A DNA stretch of 64,000 bases from Gemmatimonadota bacterium. Lineage in GTDB: Bacteria; Gemmatimonadota; Gemmatimonadetes; Gemmatimonadales; GWC2-71-9. The stretch lies in the NCBI GenBank assembly GCA_041691295.1, contig JBEPVA010000002.1:4271-68270 (forward strand), given 5' to 3'. A model generated the notes under the pieces. That model was not told the origin of the DNA. It was given only the letters and a program-made list of their open reading frames with translations, and made no database searches. Position numbers and translations under genes: made by a program. Numbering within the stretch: position 1 is the first letter of the stretch; the number at the start of each line of letters is the position of its first letter. Positions 8,907-18,080 of this stretch are shown in pieces.

Positions 8907-11900
8907 TGCTCCCGCTCCCAGATCAGGTCGACACCGAACTGGTAGCGACCCCGGTCCTGAAGGCTCCGCAGCGTGAGCAGGTCGGTACAGCTGGCCACTG
9001 GCTCCAGGGTCGCGCTCAAACGGAATTCTCGGCTCAGTCGATACTCCACGTCAGGGTAGAAGCGGGTCTGGTTGGTGCAGACATCGGCGTGCACCGTCAC
9101 GAAGAACGAATGTCCGATCCGCCAGCCAGCCGCCAACTGGGCCACCTGGGAGGCGCCGTTCTGGGTGGCGGCGCCCGGACGAGAGATGCTGCCTGGCCGG
9201 ATTTCGATGTAGTCGATCGGCAGTCGCAGGTCGGTGACCAGGGTGCGCTGCAGCTCACTCGACAGCGCACTGGAAAGATACGACATCGCCGAGGTGACGG
9301 CGGTCTGGTCGGCGCTGGCCCCCGCCTCGCCGGAGGAGATCGAGCTCCGGCCGAACATCAGGTAGCTGACCAGTTCGGTCGTGCTCAGGGCGCCGCGGGA
9401 GGCGTCGGTGGTCAGCTCCAGCTTGGGTGCCAGCATCGTGCCGGTGATGTGAGCAATCACCGGCAGCTCCTCGTTGCCGCTGACATTGTCGGTGGTGTGG
9501 ACCACATGCCGGGCCGTAATGTCGAGGTCGGCATTGAGGCTGGGGTTGCCGTAGTACTGCACCGTGCCGTGTTCGACGCTGAAATCGCGGATCACCGGGC
9601 CGACCCGGAGCTGGTAGCTCCCCCGCACGGTGGACAGGGTGCCATCGACCCGGTAGTTGGCCCGCTGTTTGTTGACCAGCAGGCTGCCTTCAAGCTGGAC
9701 GTTGGCTTCGCTCGAGCGCAGCCAGAACGATTCGCCCATGGTCACCCGGAGATCCTGGATGGTCAGCGAATCGAGGAACCGCTTCATGAACGTGTTGCCC
9801 AGCCGGGCCGTGCGCAGCTGCTCGAGGTCGATCAGCGAGCTGTCGCCCGGGTTCTCGAGATCCACCACCCGCTTGTTGATCAGGTCCGCGAAGTAATAGG
9901 CCCCTTCATTGGCCGTGACCCGGCCGGAGATGGTGGGCAGCAGCGGCGAACCGGTGATCTTCAGGTCACCGGACGCGTTGAGGCTGGCCACGCCGCGGAT
10001 ATCCATCGCCTGAAAATTGTCGGGCTTGAGCGTCAGGTTGAGCAGCGGGTGCGTGAGCTTCTCCAGCCGCAGCCCGCCGGTGACTTCCAGGCTGCCCTTG
10101 CCGCCATTGAGCCGGAATGACTCCAGGCTGATCGAATCGCCGTGGAAAATCGCCTTGCCGGTGATGTTGTCGTAGCGGACTCCCAGCCCCGGCAGGTTGG
10201 CCCCGACTCCGCGCAGGGCCAGCGTCCCGGACAGTGCCGGCGCGTCCCAGGTGCCACCCAGTTCGGCATCGACCGCCAGCGAGCCGGTGACCTGACGGAC
10301 CGCGCGGGTGACCGCCTCGAGTATCGTCAGGTCCGTACTGTCGGAGTGGGCCCGGATCAGGATCGGACCCGGCAGCTGCCGCTTGGCCACCTTGTGCAGC
10401 GCCAGATCGAGTGGCAGCGCCGCCTCGAGCTGCATGATCGAGGCGCCGGTCTTCCAGACATCCAGGTTGGCCTTGAGCTTCTGGTCGGTGTAGAGCACCG
10501 ATCCCTGGATGAACGGAGTGGAGAAATCCCCCAGCCCGACATCAGCCAGGGCCAGCCCGCCGTGAATTTCCGGCTTGGCCGCCGTACCGGTGAGCTCGAG
10601 ATTGAGCGAGAAGGTGCCGTGGACCTGGGTGGTATCCCACTGCAGCATGGCGTACACATCCCGGATCGGGACGCTCGCCGCTGACAGCCGCAACTGACCA
10701 CCCGCCGCGCGCGGCAGCAGGCCGCCGATCCTGAGTTCGCCGGCGCCATCCTCGGCCTCGAACCGCATCGGGGATACGGCGACCACCGAATCGCCGACCA
10801 GCGCCCGGGACGGCGCGACCAGCCGCCAGCTGTGGTCGGGCAGCACCGCCCGCAGCGAGTCGAGCACCACGAGGTAGCCCAGTGGCAGGCGCTGCATGGT
10901 GCCGGTCGAACTGGCCCGGCCCAGCCGGCCGATGTCGACGCTGCCGCCCCAGCCCAGCGAGTCGGTGAACCCGGCTGCGTGGAGATCGGCGTTGTGCAGC
11001 GACCATTGCCCGATACTGAGTGAGTCGAACACCACCGCGACGGCGCTCCGGGGGCGGACCCCGCCAATCCACGCCAGGTCGATCGAATCGGCCGGCGACC
11101 GCAGGCTGCGCCAGGACAGGTCGCGGACTTCCAGCTGGGCACGGGCGTCCAGCGAATCGAACGAGCCACGGAGCCGCACCAGGCCGCTGGCCGTTCCGTC
11201 GAGCGGATGGGCCCTGGCCACGCTGTCGCTGGCCTCGCCGAGCAGCAGGGTGGCCACGGTATCGAACGGGGTGAGTCGCGCGGCGGCCAGTTGCAGCGTC
11301 AGTTCACCGTCCTGATCGCGGTGCCAGCCCAGTTCACCCCGGCCATCGAGCCGGCCATCCTGCCAGACGGCGGTGAGGGTGTCGAACACCAGCCGGCCGC
11401 CGGTGGCGTCCACCGCCACGGCCATGCTGTCGAAGGCAAAGGCATCGATGCTGCCGGGAGAGAGTCTGGCGTCGAGCCTTCCCTCCGGTGGGACCAGTGA
11501 ATCGATCACCCCATTGACCTTGAGCGTGCCCGCCAGCGCCGTGCTCGGTCCCTTGCCCAGCAATTGGGGCAGGTCGACATGATCGAAGACCACAGTCAGG
11601 CTCTCGGCGCCAAGCCGGGGCGGCAGCACCGTGAGGCCACCGTCCGCCTTGATGTGACCGACCTGGCCTTCGACCTCGGCGTGAGTCTGGAGGTGGGCCA
11701 GCGGTCCCTGCAGCTTAACCGGACCGTGGATTTCGCCGCGGGCGGTCATCCCGGGAAAGCTGCCGCGGATCCCGTCGAACGAGAGCGGATTCAGCAGGCC
11801 CTCGACGTCGAATACCACGTCATCCTTGCGAGTATCGAGCCCCAGCTTGCCCTCGACCGTGCTGACCGGCCGCTCGCCGTCCTGGTGATCCATGGTGCCG

Positions 11901-13339
11901 TTGAACATCACGTTGCGCAGGCTGCCGTTGACGCTGCCCGATGCGGCCACCCGTCCGTTGAGCGGCACCGCCGGCGCCAGCCGACGCACCGTGCGCAGGT
12001 CGATATCGCTGGAGTCGACCTCCACCTCGTCGAAGTACAGCCCGGCATCCCCGCCCAGCCGCACTCGGCCCTTCATGGCGATTTCGGTTTCGGCCGGCGC
12101 CGGCACCCTGGCATCCTCGAACAGCCAGTTGACGTCGATCGCCATGTCGGTGAGATAACCATCGCCACGGGTGGGGCCGGTCAGCTTTCCCTCGAACGGC
12201 AGGTCCGGCACGAATGGCTTCATCACCGACAGATCGAGATGGTCGAGATCCAGATCCATGCCCTTGAAGCCGAGTCCCCGCTTCTGGTCCACCAGCAGGG
12301 TGACCTTGCCCTTGAGCGCGCCGGGCGCACCGCTGAGCGCGAGGTCGCTGAGCTGGTAATCGGTTTTGGTATCACTTTCCGACTTGGCGACCACCTTGCC
12401 CTTGCCGGCCAGCGGCGGCAGCCCCGGATTGATCCAGAGCAGGTCGTTGAGATTGAGCCGCGCTGCGTTGAAGCGGAAGTCGAACAGGATCGGGCCACGC
12501 GGCCAGGTCACGGTGCCGCCACCCTGCACCCGGGTGTCAGGCAGCGCGGCGTGAGCGGCGGTGAACTGCAGGCTGTCTCCCGCGGTCCATCCGTGGGCCA
12601 CGAGATGCGTGATGGTCAGCGCTGGATCGCTGATCCGGGTGGCCAGCGTATCGATCTCGAACGCAAAGGGCTCGTGCTTCGGAGTGGTGAGCCGCAACTT
12701 CGGGAAGTGCGCGGTGAGCGGCACGAACCGGATCACCTTCTTCAAGCCGTCGGGGCTGGGATCGATTTCCCGGCCCGGATGCGCCCGGTCCGCCGCCAGC
12801 GCCGCCGCAATTCCCGACGGGGTGTGCACGCTATCAGGCGCCGACCACGGCATCGAGAGGACGAGATTGGCCTGGCGTACCCAAACGTCGTGAAATTCGA
12901 CCAGTGGGCCGGGCTTGCCGCTGGGCGGACCTTCGCTGAGCTTGAGCACCTCTTCGTAATTCATCCGACCGTTGGCCCGCTTGGTCAGGTGCACGGTGGG
13001 GCTGTCGAGCTCGACCCGGGTCAGCACCAGGTTCCTGGCCAGCAGGGTGGAGAGATTATAGGTCACCCGCAGCCGGGGAAACTGGGCCAGCAGCGCGCCT
13101 GAGGTGTCACGTACCACCACATTGCGCAGCGTCAGCGAGCGCAGGATCGAACCGGAGACCGCGCCGATCTGGAATTGGCCGCGAAGATTCCGGCTCAGCC
13201 GGTCGCCGATGACCCGGGCCAGCACGCCCCGGCCGGGCCCGCTGAACAACAGCACCATCACCACCGCCAGGACGATGGGCAGGCTGCTGATGAACAGCGC
13301 AAGGAAGAGGCGGCCAGTGTGCTTGAGGAATCGGCGCAT
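8903..13339 (-). CDS. tamB: TamB-like translocation and assembly module protein (AsmA-like/DUF490 family)
   Basis: 1478 aa. N-terminal TM anchor (LFLALFISSLPIVLAVVMVLLF), a very long beta-rich body, and a TamB-like C-terminal region. The start (13339) directly abuts the stop of the Omp85 gene (13340). Confidence 0.8.
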   Translation of the reverse strand: MRRFLKHTGRLFLALFISSLPIVLAVVMVLLFSGPGRGVLARVIGDRLSRNLRGQFQIGAVSGSILRSLTLRNVVVRDTSGALLAQFPRLRVTYNLSTLLARNLVLTRVELDSPTVHLTKRANGRMNYEEVLKLSEGPPSGKPGPLVEFHDVWVRQANLVLSMPWSAPDSVHTPSGIAAALAADRAHPGREIDPSPDGLKKVIRFVPLTAHFPKLRLTTPKHEPFAFEIDTLATRISDPALTITHLVAHGWTAGDSLQFTAAHAALPDTRVQGGGTVTWPRGPILFDFRFNAARLNLNDLLWINPGLPPLAGKGKVVAKSESDTKTDYQLSDLALSGAPGALKGKVTLLVDQKRGLGFKGMDLDLDHLDLSVMKPFVPDLPFEGKLTGPTRGDGYLTDMAIDVNWLFEDARVPAPAETEIAMKGRVRLGGDAGLYFDEVEVDSSDIDLRTVRRLAPAVPLNGRVAASGSVNGSLRNVMFNGTMDHQDGERPVSTVEGKLGLDTRKDDVVFDVEGLLNPLSFDGIRGSFPGMTARGEIHGPVKLQGPLAHLQTHAEVEGQVGHIKADGGLTVLPPRLGAESLTVVFDHVDLPQLLGKGPSTALAGTLKVNGVIDSLVPPEGRLDARLSPGSIDAFAFDSMAVAVDATGGRLVFDTLTAVWQDGRLDGRGELGWHRDQDGELTLQLAAARLTPFDTVATLLLGEASDSVARAHPLDGTASGLVRLRGSFDSLDARAQLEVRDLSWRSLRSPADSIDLAWIGGVRPRSAVAVVFDSLSIGQWSLHNADLHAAGFTDSLGWGGSVDIGRLGRASSTGTMQRLPLGYLVVLDSLRAVLPDHSWRLVAPSRALVGDSVVAVSPMRFEAEDGAGELRIGGLLPRAAGGQLRLSAASVPIRDVYAMLQWDTTQVHGTFSLNLELTGTAAKPEIHGGLALADVGLGDFSTPFIQGSVLYTDQKLKANLDVWKTGASIMQLEAALPLDLALHKVAKRQLPGPILIRAHSDSTDLTILEAVTRAVRQVTGSLAVDAELGGTWDAPALSGTLALRGVGANLPGLGVRYDNITGKAIFHGDSISLESFRLNGGKGSLEVTGGLRLEKLTHPLLNLTLKPDNFQAMDIRGVASLNASGDLKITGSPLLPTISGRVTANEGAYYFADLINKRVVDLENPGDSSLIDLEQLRTARLGNTFMKRFLDSLTIQDLRVTMGESFWLRSSEANVQLEGSLLVNKQRANYRVDGTLSTVRGSYQLRVGPVIRDFSVEHGTVQYYGNPSLNADLDITARHVVHTTDNVSGNEELPVIAHITGTMLAPKLELTTDASRGALSTTELVSYLMFGRSSISSGEAGASADQTAVTSAMSYLSSALSSELQRTLVTDLRLPIDYIEIRPGSISRPGAATQNGASQVAQLAAGWRIGHSFFVTVHADVCTNQTRFYPDVEYRLSREFRLSATLEPVASCTDLLTLRSLQDRGRYQFGVDLIWEREH

Positions 13340-15472
13340 CTAGAAGGGCTGCCCCACGGCAAAGTGCAGATTCCACCCGCTGCCGCGGGGCTTGGAGTAC
13401 GCCGATTTCACCAGCCGGATATTGCCCTGGCTGTCCTGCAGGTAGAGCGGGCCCGGCGTACCGGGATAGCTATTGTAGGCCAGGTCAAGACGGATCGGCC
13501 CGATCGGGGTGCCGAATCGGAGTCCGACCCCCGGCGTGATCCGGAACTGGGCGGGGGCCAGGTCGGTCTTACCGCGCTGGTACAGGATCCCGCCGTCGAC
13601 AAACCCCGCCAGCCGCAGCCGCGAGGAAAGCAGCGGCGACGGCACCCGGATCTCGACATTGGCAACCCCGAGCGTGTTCCCGCCCGTCGGCGAAAAGGTG
13701 CTCCGAATGGTGCCGTCGCTGATCTTCTGTTCCAGCGACGGAGTCAGCACGGCGCTGTCGGTGTAGGCCACGTAGACCAGCGGGCCCAGGCCGTTCACAT
13801 CGTAGCCCCGCACATCGTTGGGCCCGCCGGCATAGAACCGCTGCTCGGGCGGCACGAATTCCGTCGCGGTGCCGTTGACGTCGACCTTGGGTGAAAACAG
13901 CATCCCGCCCCGCAACCGCCAGCTGAGTGTCACGTCCCGGGTCAGCGCCCGGTACCACGCTGCATCGGCCTGCACCCGGACGAACTGCTGCAACTTGGAG
14001 GATCCGATGATCGGCGAGCTGTACCCGAGCTCGAGCGAATAGGCACGGCCGCGGCTGGGATCGACTGGATTGTTGGTCTGGATCGAGCTGATGACCCCGG
14101 TGAGCTCCGCCCCCAGCCGCCCCTGGGACAACAGCAGCCGGTCCTGCGGGGTGCAGGCGTTGAAGAAGGCGCAGTAGTTTCCCGGAGTCGCGTAGGTCCG
14201 GCCGAATGAGGCCCGGTAGGTCAGCGAGATCGGCAGCCGCGGCTCCGGCAGGTACGTGGCCCGGACCGCGGCACCGATTTCATCCCGGCGATAGACCTGA
14301 AACTGGCTGCGCCGCTCGCCGAAGAACGAGAAGGTCCCCTCGGTGCGGGACGAGAAGAACCGGGGCTGACCCACGGTGGCGGTGACGTTGTAGTTGGCCA
14401 CACTCGATCCGACCGAGTCGGCCTTAAGGGTGGAGCAGATCGAATTCTTCAGACCAAAATTGAACGGAGTCCCCACCCCGATCTTCGACAGGCTGGCGCT
14501 GAGATCGAACTGGCGGCCGCTGTGAAACAGGTTCCGGTCGGTGTAGCCGGCGCCCAGCCGGAAGCAGTCCTCGGTGGCGTACCCGATCTGGCCCCGGTAC
14601 TTGAACCGCCGCCCTTCGCTGACGGTCACCACCAGTGGCACCACCGAATCGTCGGGCTGGAACCCGGCTGAATCGATCTGCACCGACACGGTGCGGAACA
14701 ACTGGGTGCGGGCCAGCCGATGCTGGCTCTCGTCGAGATCCTGCTGGTCGAACGATTCGCCCCGGTCGACCACCAGCATCTGCCGGATGAAGGTGGTATC
14801 GACGTTGACCTTGCCGGCCACCGTAATCCCGCCGTACACCGCTCCCCGCCCCGGCAGTGCATCCAGCGACACCTGCACCGTCCTGGCCACCTTGTCGATC
14901 GAAAAGTTGCGCAGCACATCGGCCGACGGGTGACCGTGGTTCCGCAGCCGGGCCACCAGGGTGTCGGCACTGGCCTGGAACAGGAACCGGTCGAACGACC
15001 GGCCGATCCGGAGCGGCAGGTCCTGGGTCAGCTTCCTGGCGTCGGGCAGCGAGTCGAGTCCGGTGACGGCCAGCGAAGTGACCACGACCGGCGGACCCTC
15101 GGTAATCTTGAAGGTGACGCTGACTTCCTTCGGCTTGCGGATCACGACGGTGTCGACCTTCACCTCGAGAAATCCGCTCTGCTTGTACAGCAGCCCGATC
15201 CGCAGCACGTCTCGGCGGAACTCGGTTTCGTCGAACACCCGCTTTTGACCGAGGCCGATCCAGCGCACCAGCTTGCTGCGGGCAAACCAGGCCGAGTTGG
15301 TGGTGGCGATGGCGGAACTCAGGGCGTCGCTGGTGAGAGACTTGTTGCCGGTGAATTTGAGTCCCCTGACGATCCGATCGGGTTCCTGCGCCGAGGCGGA
15401 CCGGACCCCCGTCACGATCAGGAGGAGTCCGGCCAGCGCCGTGCTCAGATGGAGACGGCCGATCAGGGGCAT
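13340..15472 (-). CDS. Omp85-family outer membrane protein assembly factor (BamA/TamA-like) with POTRA domains
   Basis: Signal peptide MPLIGRLHLSTALAGLLLIVTGVRSASAQ. The track's TTG at 15505 is the maximal extension. POTRA-like IVRGLKFTGNKSLTSDAL. C-terminal beta-barrel ending ...HFAVGQPF (terminal Phe beta-signal). Confidence 0.85.
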   Translation of the reverse strand: MPLIGRLHLSTALAGLLLIVTGVRSASAQEPDRIVRGLKFTGNKSLTSDALSSAIATTNSAWFARSKLVRWIGLGQKRVFDETEFRRDVLRIGLLYKQSGFLEVKVDTVVIRKPKEVSVTFKITEGPPVVVTSLAVTGLDSLPDARKLTQDLPLRIGRSFDRFLFQASADTLVARLRNHGHPSADVLRNFSIDKVARTVQVSLDALPGRGAVYGGITVAGKVNVDTTFIRQMLVVDRGESFDQQDLDESQHRLARTQLFRTVSVQIDSAGFQPDDSVVPLVVTVSEGRRFKYRGQIGYATEDCFRLGAGYTDRNLFHSGRQFDLSASLSKIGVGTPFNFGLKNSICSTLKADSVGSSVANYNVTATVGQPRFFSSRTEGTFSFFGERRSQFQVYRRDEIGAAVRATYLPEPRLPISLTYRASFGRTYATPGNYCAFFNACTPQDRLLLSQGRLGAELTGVISSIQTNNPVDPSRGRAYSLELGYSSPIIGSSKLQQFVRVQADAAWYRALTRDVTLSWRLRGGMLFSPKVDVNGTATEFVPPEQRFYAGGPNDVRGYDVNGLGPLVYVAYTDSAVLTPSLEQKISDGTIRSTFSPTGGNTLGVANVEIRVPSPLLSSRLRLAGFVDGGILYQRGKTDLAPAQFRITPGVGLRFGTPIGPIRLDLAYNSYPGTPGPLYLQDSQGNIRLVKSAYSKPRGSGWNLHFAVGQPF

Positions 15473-15538
15473 GAGGGCAGCAGGCGAGACCTGAATTCCA
15501 GACAAGAGCGCCGGGCCGACAGAGCCCGGCGGCGTTGA

Positions 15539-15567
15539 TTGACGATGCGGTCCAAGTGACGTAGTTT
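15539..15567 (+). promoter_or_regulatory. sigma70-type promoter candidate for the ABC substrate-binding gene: TTGACG -17 nt- TAGTTT
   Basis: Read directly: TTGACG 15539-15544, a 17-nt spacer, TAGTTT 15562-15567. Lies in the divergent Omp85/SBP intergenic region. Confidence 0.35.
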
Positions 15568-15630
15568 CGCAGAGTTACGAGTCAGAGTCAACGAGGCGGA
15601 ACCGTATTCCCGCCGCCGCCCGCGCCCCCC

Positions 15631-17163
15631 TTGCCCCGCTTGCAGTATCTCGCCCTCCTGGGGCTCCTGGCCTGCACCGCTCCGGAAAATCCCCGGACGC
15701 TGAATTACTACTTCTACTACGATCCCAGATCGCTCGATCCGGCCCTCTCCACCGATGTCCCCACCGGCGAAGTCATCACGACCCTGTTCGATAATGTGAC
15801 GCAGTTCGACGCCGACGGGCATCTGCAGCCGGGCCTCGCCACCCGGTGGGAGAACGACCCCAGCGGGCTGCATTACACCTTTCATATCCGCTCGGGGGTC
15901 CAGTTTCACAACGGCCGGCCGCTCACCGCCGCTTCGATCCGTGACAGTTATCTCCGGGCCCTCGATCCAAAATTGAAAGGCGGACGGGCGTGGCCTCTAT
16001 TCCCGATTGCAGGCGCCAAAGCCCATTCAGCCGGGGATTCAACCGCCCGGGTCGGCATCGCGGTGCCGGATGACACCACGCTGGTCCTGACCCTCGAGGC
16101 GCCGCTCAACATCTTTCCCAAGCTGCTGGCCATGCCGGTCACGGCCATCGTGGCCACGCCGGCGGCCGCTGATTTCGATCAGCATCCGATTGGCAGCGGC
16201 CCGTGGCGGCTGGTTCGCTGGAATCACGACGACGCGCTGGTGCTGGCGCGGAACGAGCACTACTGGGGCAAGATCCCCGACGCCGATACGCTGCGGATCC
16301 GGATCATTCCCGAAGCCCTCACCCAGGCCGCCGAGTATGAATCGGGGCACCTCACGGTGGTCGAAGTTCCCTTCGGCGAGACCCGGCTCTGGGAAAAGCG
16401 CCGTCCAGCGGAGCTGCAGCGGAGGAGCGCCCTGAGACCGCTGTACGTCGCGATCAACACGACCCACGGTCCGCTCAAGGACGTACGGGTGCGGCAGGCG
16501 CTCAATCATGCCATCGACATCCCGACGATCCTGGCCAACCTGGCAGGCGGTCGGGGCAGTCTGGCGGCGGGCTCGGTCCCGCCGGGGATCGAGGGGTACG
16601 ATTCGACCCGGGTGCGCTACGCCTACGACTCGGCACTAGCCAGACGGATGCTGGCCGAGGCCGGCTATCCCAACGGCTTCTCGATCAAGCTGTGGCGGTC
16701 GGCGCGGCCGGAGTACGCGCGCATCGTCCAGGCCATGCAGCAGGACCTCGCAGCGGTCGGCATCAATGCCGAGATCGTCCAGCGCGATGCCTCGAGTGCC
16801 CGGTCGGCCGCCCGCAAGGGCGAAGCCGATCTTTTTCTAACCGACTGGTACGGCGATTACCCCGACGCCGAGAATTTCAATTACCCGTTGTTCTATTCGG
16901 GCAATCGGGGACCGGGCGGCAACCTGGCGTTTCTGGCCGACAGCGGCCTCGACAGCCTGATCCTCCGGGCCCGCAGCACCGTCGATTCCATCGAGAAGGT
17001 GCGTCTCGACCGGATCATTGATCAGCGGGTGTTTGACCTGGCGCCCTGGATCTTCTGCTGGTTTCCGGTCGATCTCTGGGCCCAGCGTCCCGAGTACACC
17101 GGTTGGCGCATCCCGGCGATCTTCAACGGCCAGCGCTGGCAGAACGCGCACCACACCCCATGA
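15631..17163 (+). CDS. ABC transporter substrate-binding lipoprotein (peptide/nickel family 5, DppA/OppA-like)
   Basis: 510 aa with N-terminal lipobox LLGLLAC and family-5 SBP-like sequence (..LDPALSTDVPTGEVITTLFDNV.., ..PWRLVRWNHDDALVLARNEHYWG..). The start codon is uncertain (TTG). Confidence 0.8.
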   Translation: MPRLQYLALLGLLACTAPENPRTLNYYFYYDPRSLDPALSTDVPTGEVITTLFDNVTQFDADGHLQPGLATRWENDPSGLHYTFHIRSGVQFHNGRPLTAASIRDSYLRALDPKLKGGRAWPLFPIAGAKAHSAGDSTARVGIAVPDDTTLVLTLEAPLNIFPKLLAMPVTAIVATPAAADFDQHPIGSGPWRLVRWNHDDALVLARNEHYWGKIPDADTLRIRIIPEALTQAAEYESGHLTVVEVPFGETRLWEKRRPAELQRRSALRPLYVAINTTHGPLKDVRVRQALNHAIDIPTILANLAGGRGSLAAGSVPPGIEGYDSTRVRYAYDSALARRMLAEAGYPNGFSIKLWRSARPEYARIVQAMQQDLAAVGINAEIVQRDASSARSAARKGEADLFLTDWYGDYPDAENFNYPLFYSGNRGPGGNLAFLADSGLDSLILRARSTVDSIEKVRLDRIIDQRVFDLAPWIFCWFPVDLWAQRPEYTGWRIPAIFNGQRWQNAHHTP

Positions 17164-18080
17164 TCCGCTGGCTGGTGATCCGGCTGCTGCTGCTGATCCC
17201 GACCTTGTTCGGGGTGCTGGTCGTGGCCTTCCTGCTGCTCTACGTGGCCCCCGGGGATCCGGTGCAGGCCATGGTCGGCGAGCGGGCCGACAGCGCCACG
17301 ATTGCCCAGCTCCGAGCCGATCTCCGGCTCGATGACCCTCTGCCACTACAATTCGGCCACTACCTCGGCGGGGTGCTCAAGGGAGACCTGGGCCGGTCCT
17401 ACATCACCAACCGGTCGATCCGCCAGGATCTGTTCGAGCGGTTTCCCGCCACCCTCAAGCTGGCGCTGGCGGCGATGCTGTTCGCTACCACGACCGGCGT
17501 GCTGGTCGGGGTGTACGGCGCCTGGCGGCCCGGTGGACTGGCGGACCGCCTGCTGACCTTCGGCGCCTATCTTGGGGTTTCGTTCCCGGTGTACTGGGTG
17601 GCGCTGGTACTGATCCTGGTCTTTGCGGTCACCCTGCGCTGGTTCCCGCCCTCGGGTTCAGCCACACTCGCCGCGCTGGTGCTGCCGGCGATTACCCTGG
17701 GGATGCGTTCGGTGGCCTTCATTGCCAGGACCACCCGGGCGGCCATGCAGGAGATCCTCAGCAGCGACTTCGTGCGGACCGCGCGGGCGCAGGGATTGTC
17801 CGAGTCCACGGTGGTACTGTCACGGGGACTCCGGAATGCCCTGCTGCCGATGATCACGGTGATCGGCCTCGACTTCGGCAGCTACCTCACGGGCTCGATC
17901 CTGACCGAGACGATCTTCGGCTGGCCGGGTGTCGGCCGCTACGTACTCACCGCCATCGACAAGCGTGACCTGCCAGCCGTCCAGGGCAGCATCCTGTTTC
18001 TCAGTCTGGTCTTCGTGCTGGTCAACCTCCTGACGGACCTGGCGTATGCAAAAGCGGATCCTCGAGTGTCTCTTGAGTAA
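17160..18080 (+). CDS. ABC transporter permease (DppB/OppB-like)
   Basis: MIRWLVIRLLLLIPTLFGVLVVAFLLLYVAPGDPV is the typical DppB N-terminus. ATG 17160 overlaps the SBP stop (ATGA). EAA-loop-like ...FVRTARAQGLSESTVV.. Confidence 0.85.
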   Translation: MIRWLVIRLLLLIPTLFGVLVVAFLLLYVAPGDPVQAMVGERADSATIAQLRADLRLDDPLPLQFGHYLGGVLKGDLGRSYITNRSIRQDLFERFPATLKLALAAMLFATTTGVLVGVYGAWRPGGLADRLLTFGAYLGVSFPVYWVALVLILVFAVTLRWFPPSGSATLAALVLPAITLGMRSVAFIARTTRAAMQEILSSDFVRTARAQGLSESTVVLSRGLRNALLPMITVIGLDFGSYLTGSILTETIFGWPGVGRYVLTAIDKRDLPAVQGSILFLSLVFVLVNLLTDLAYAKADPRVSLE

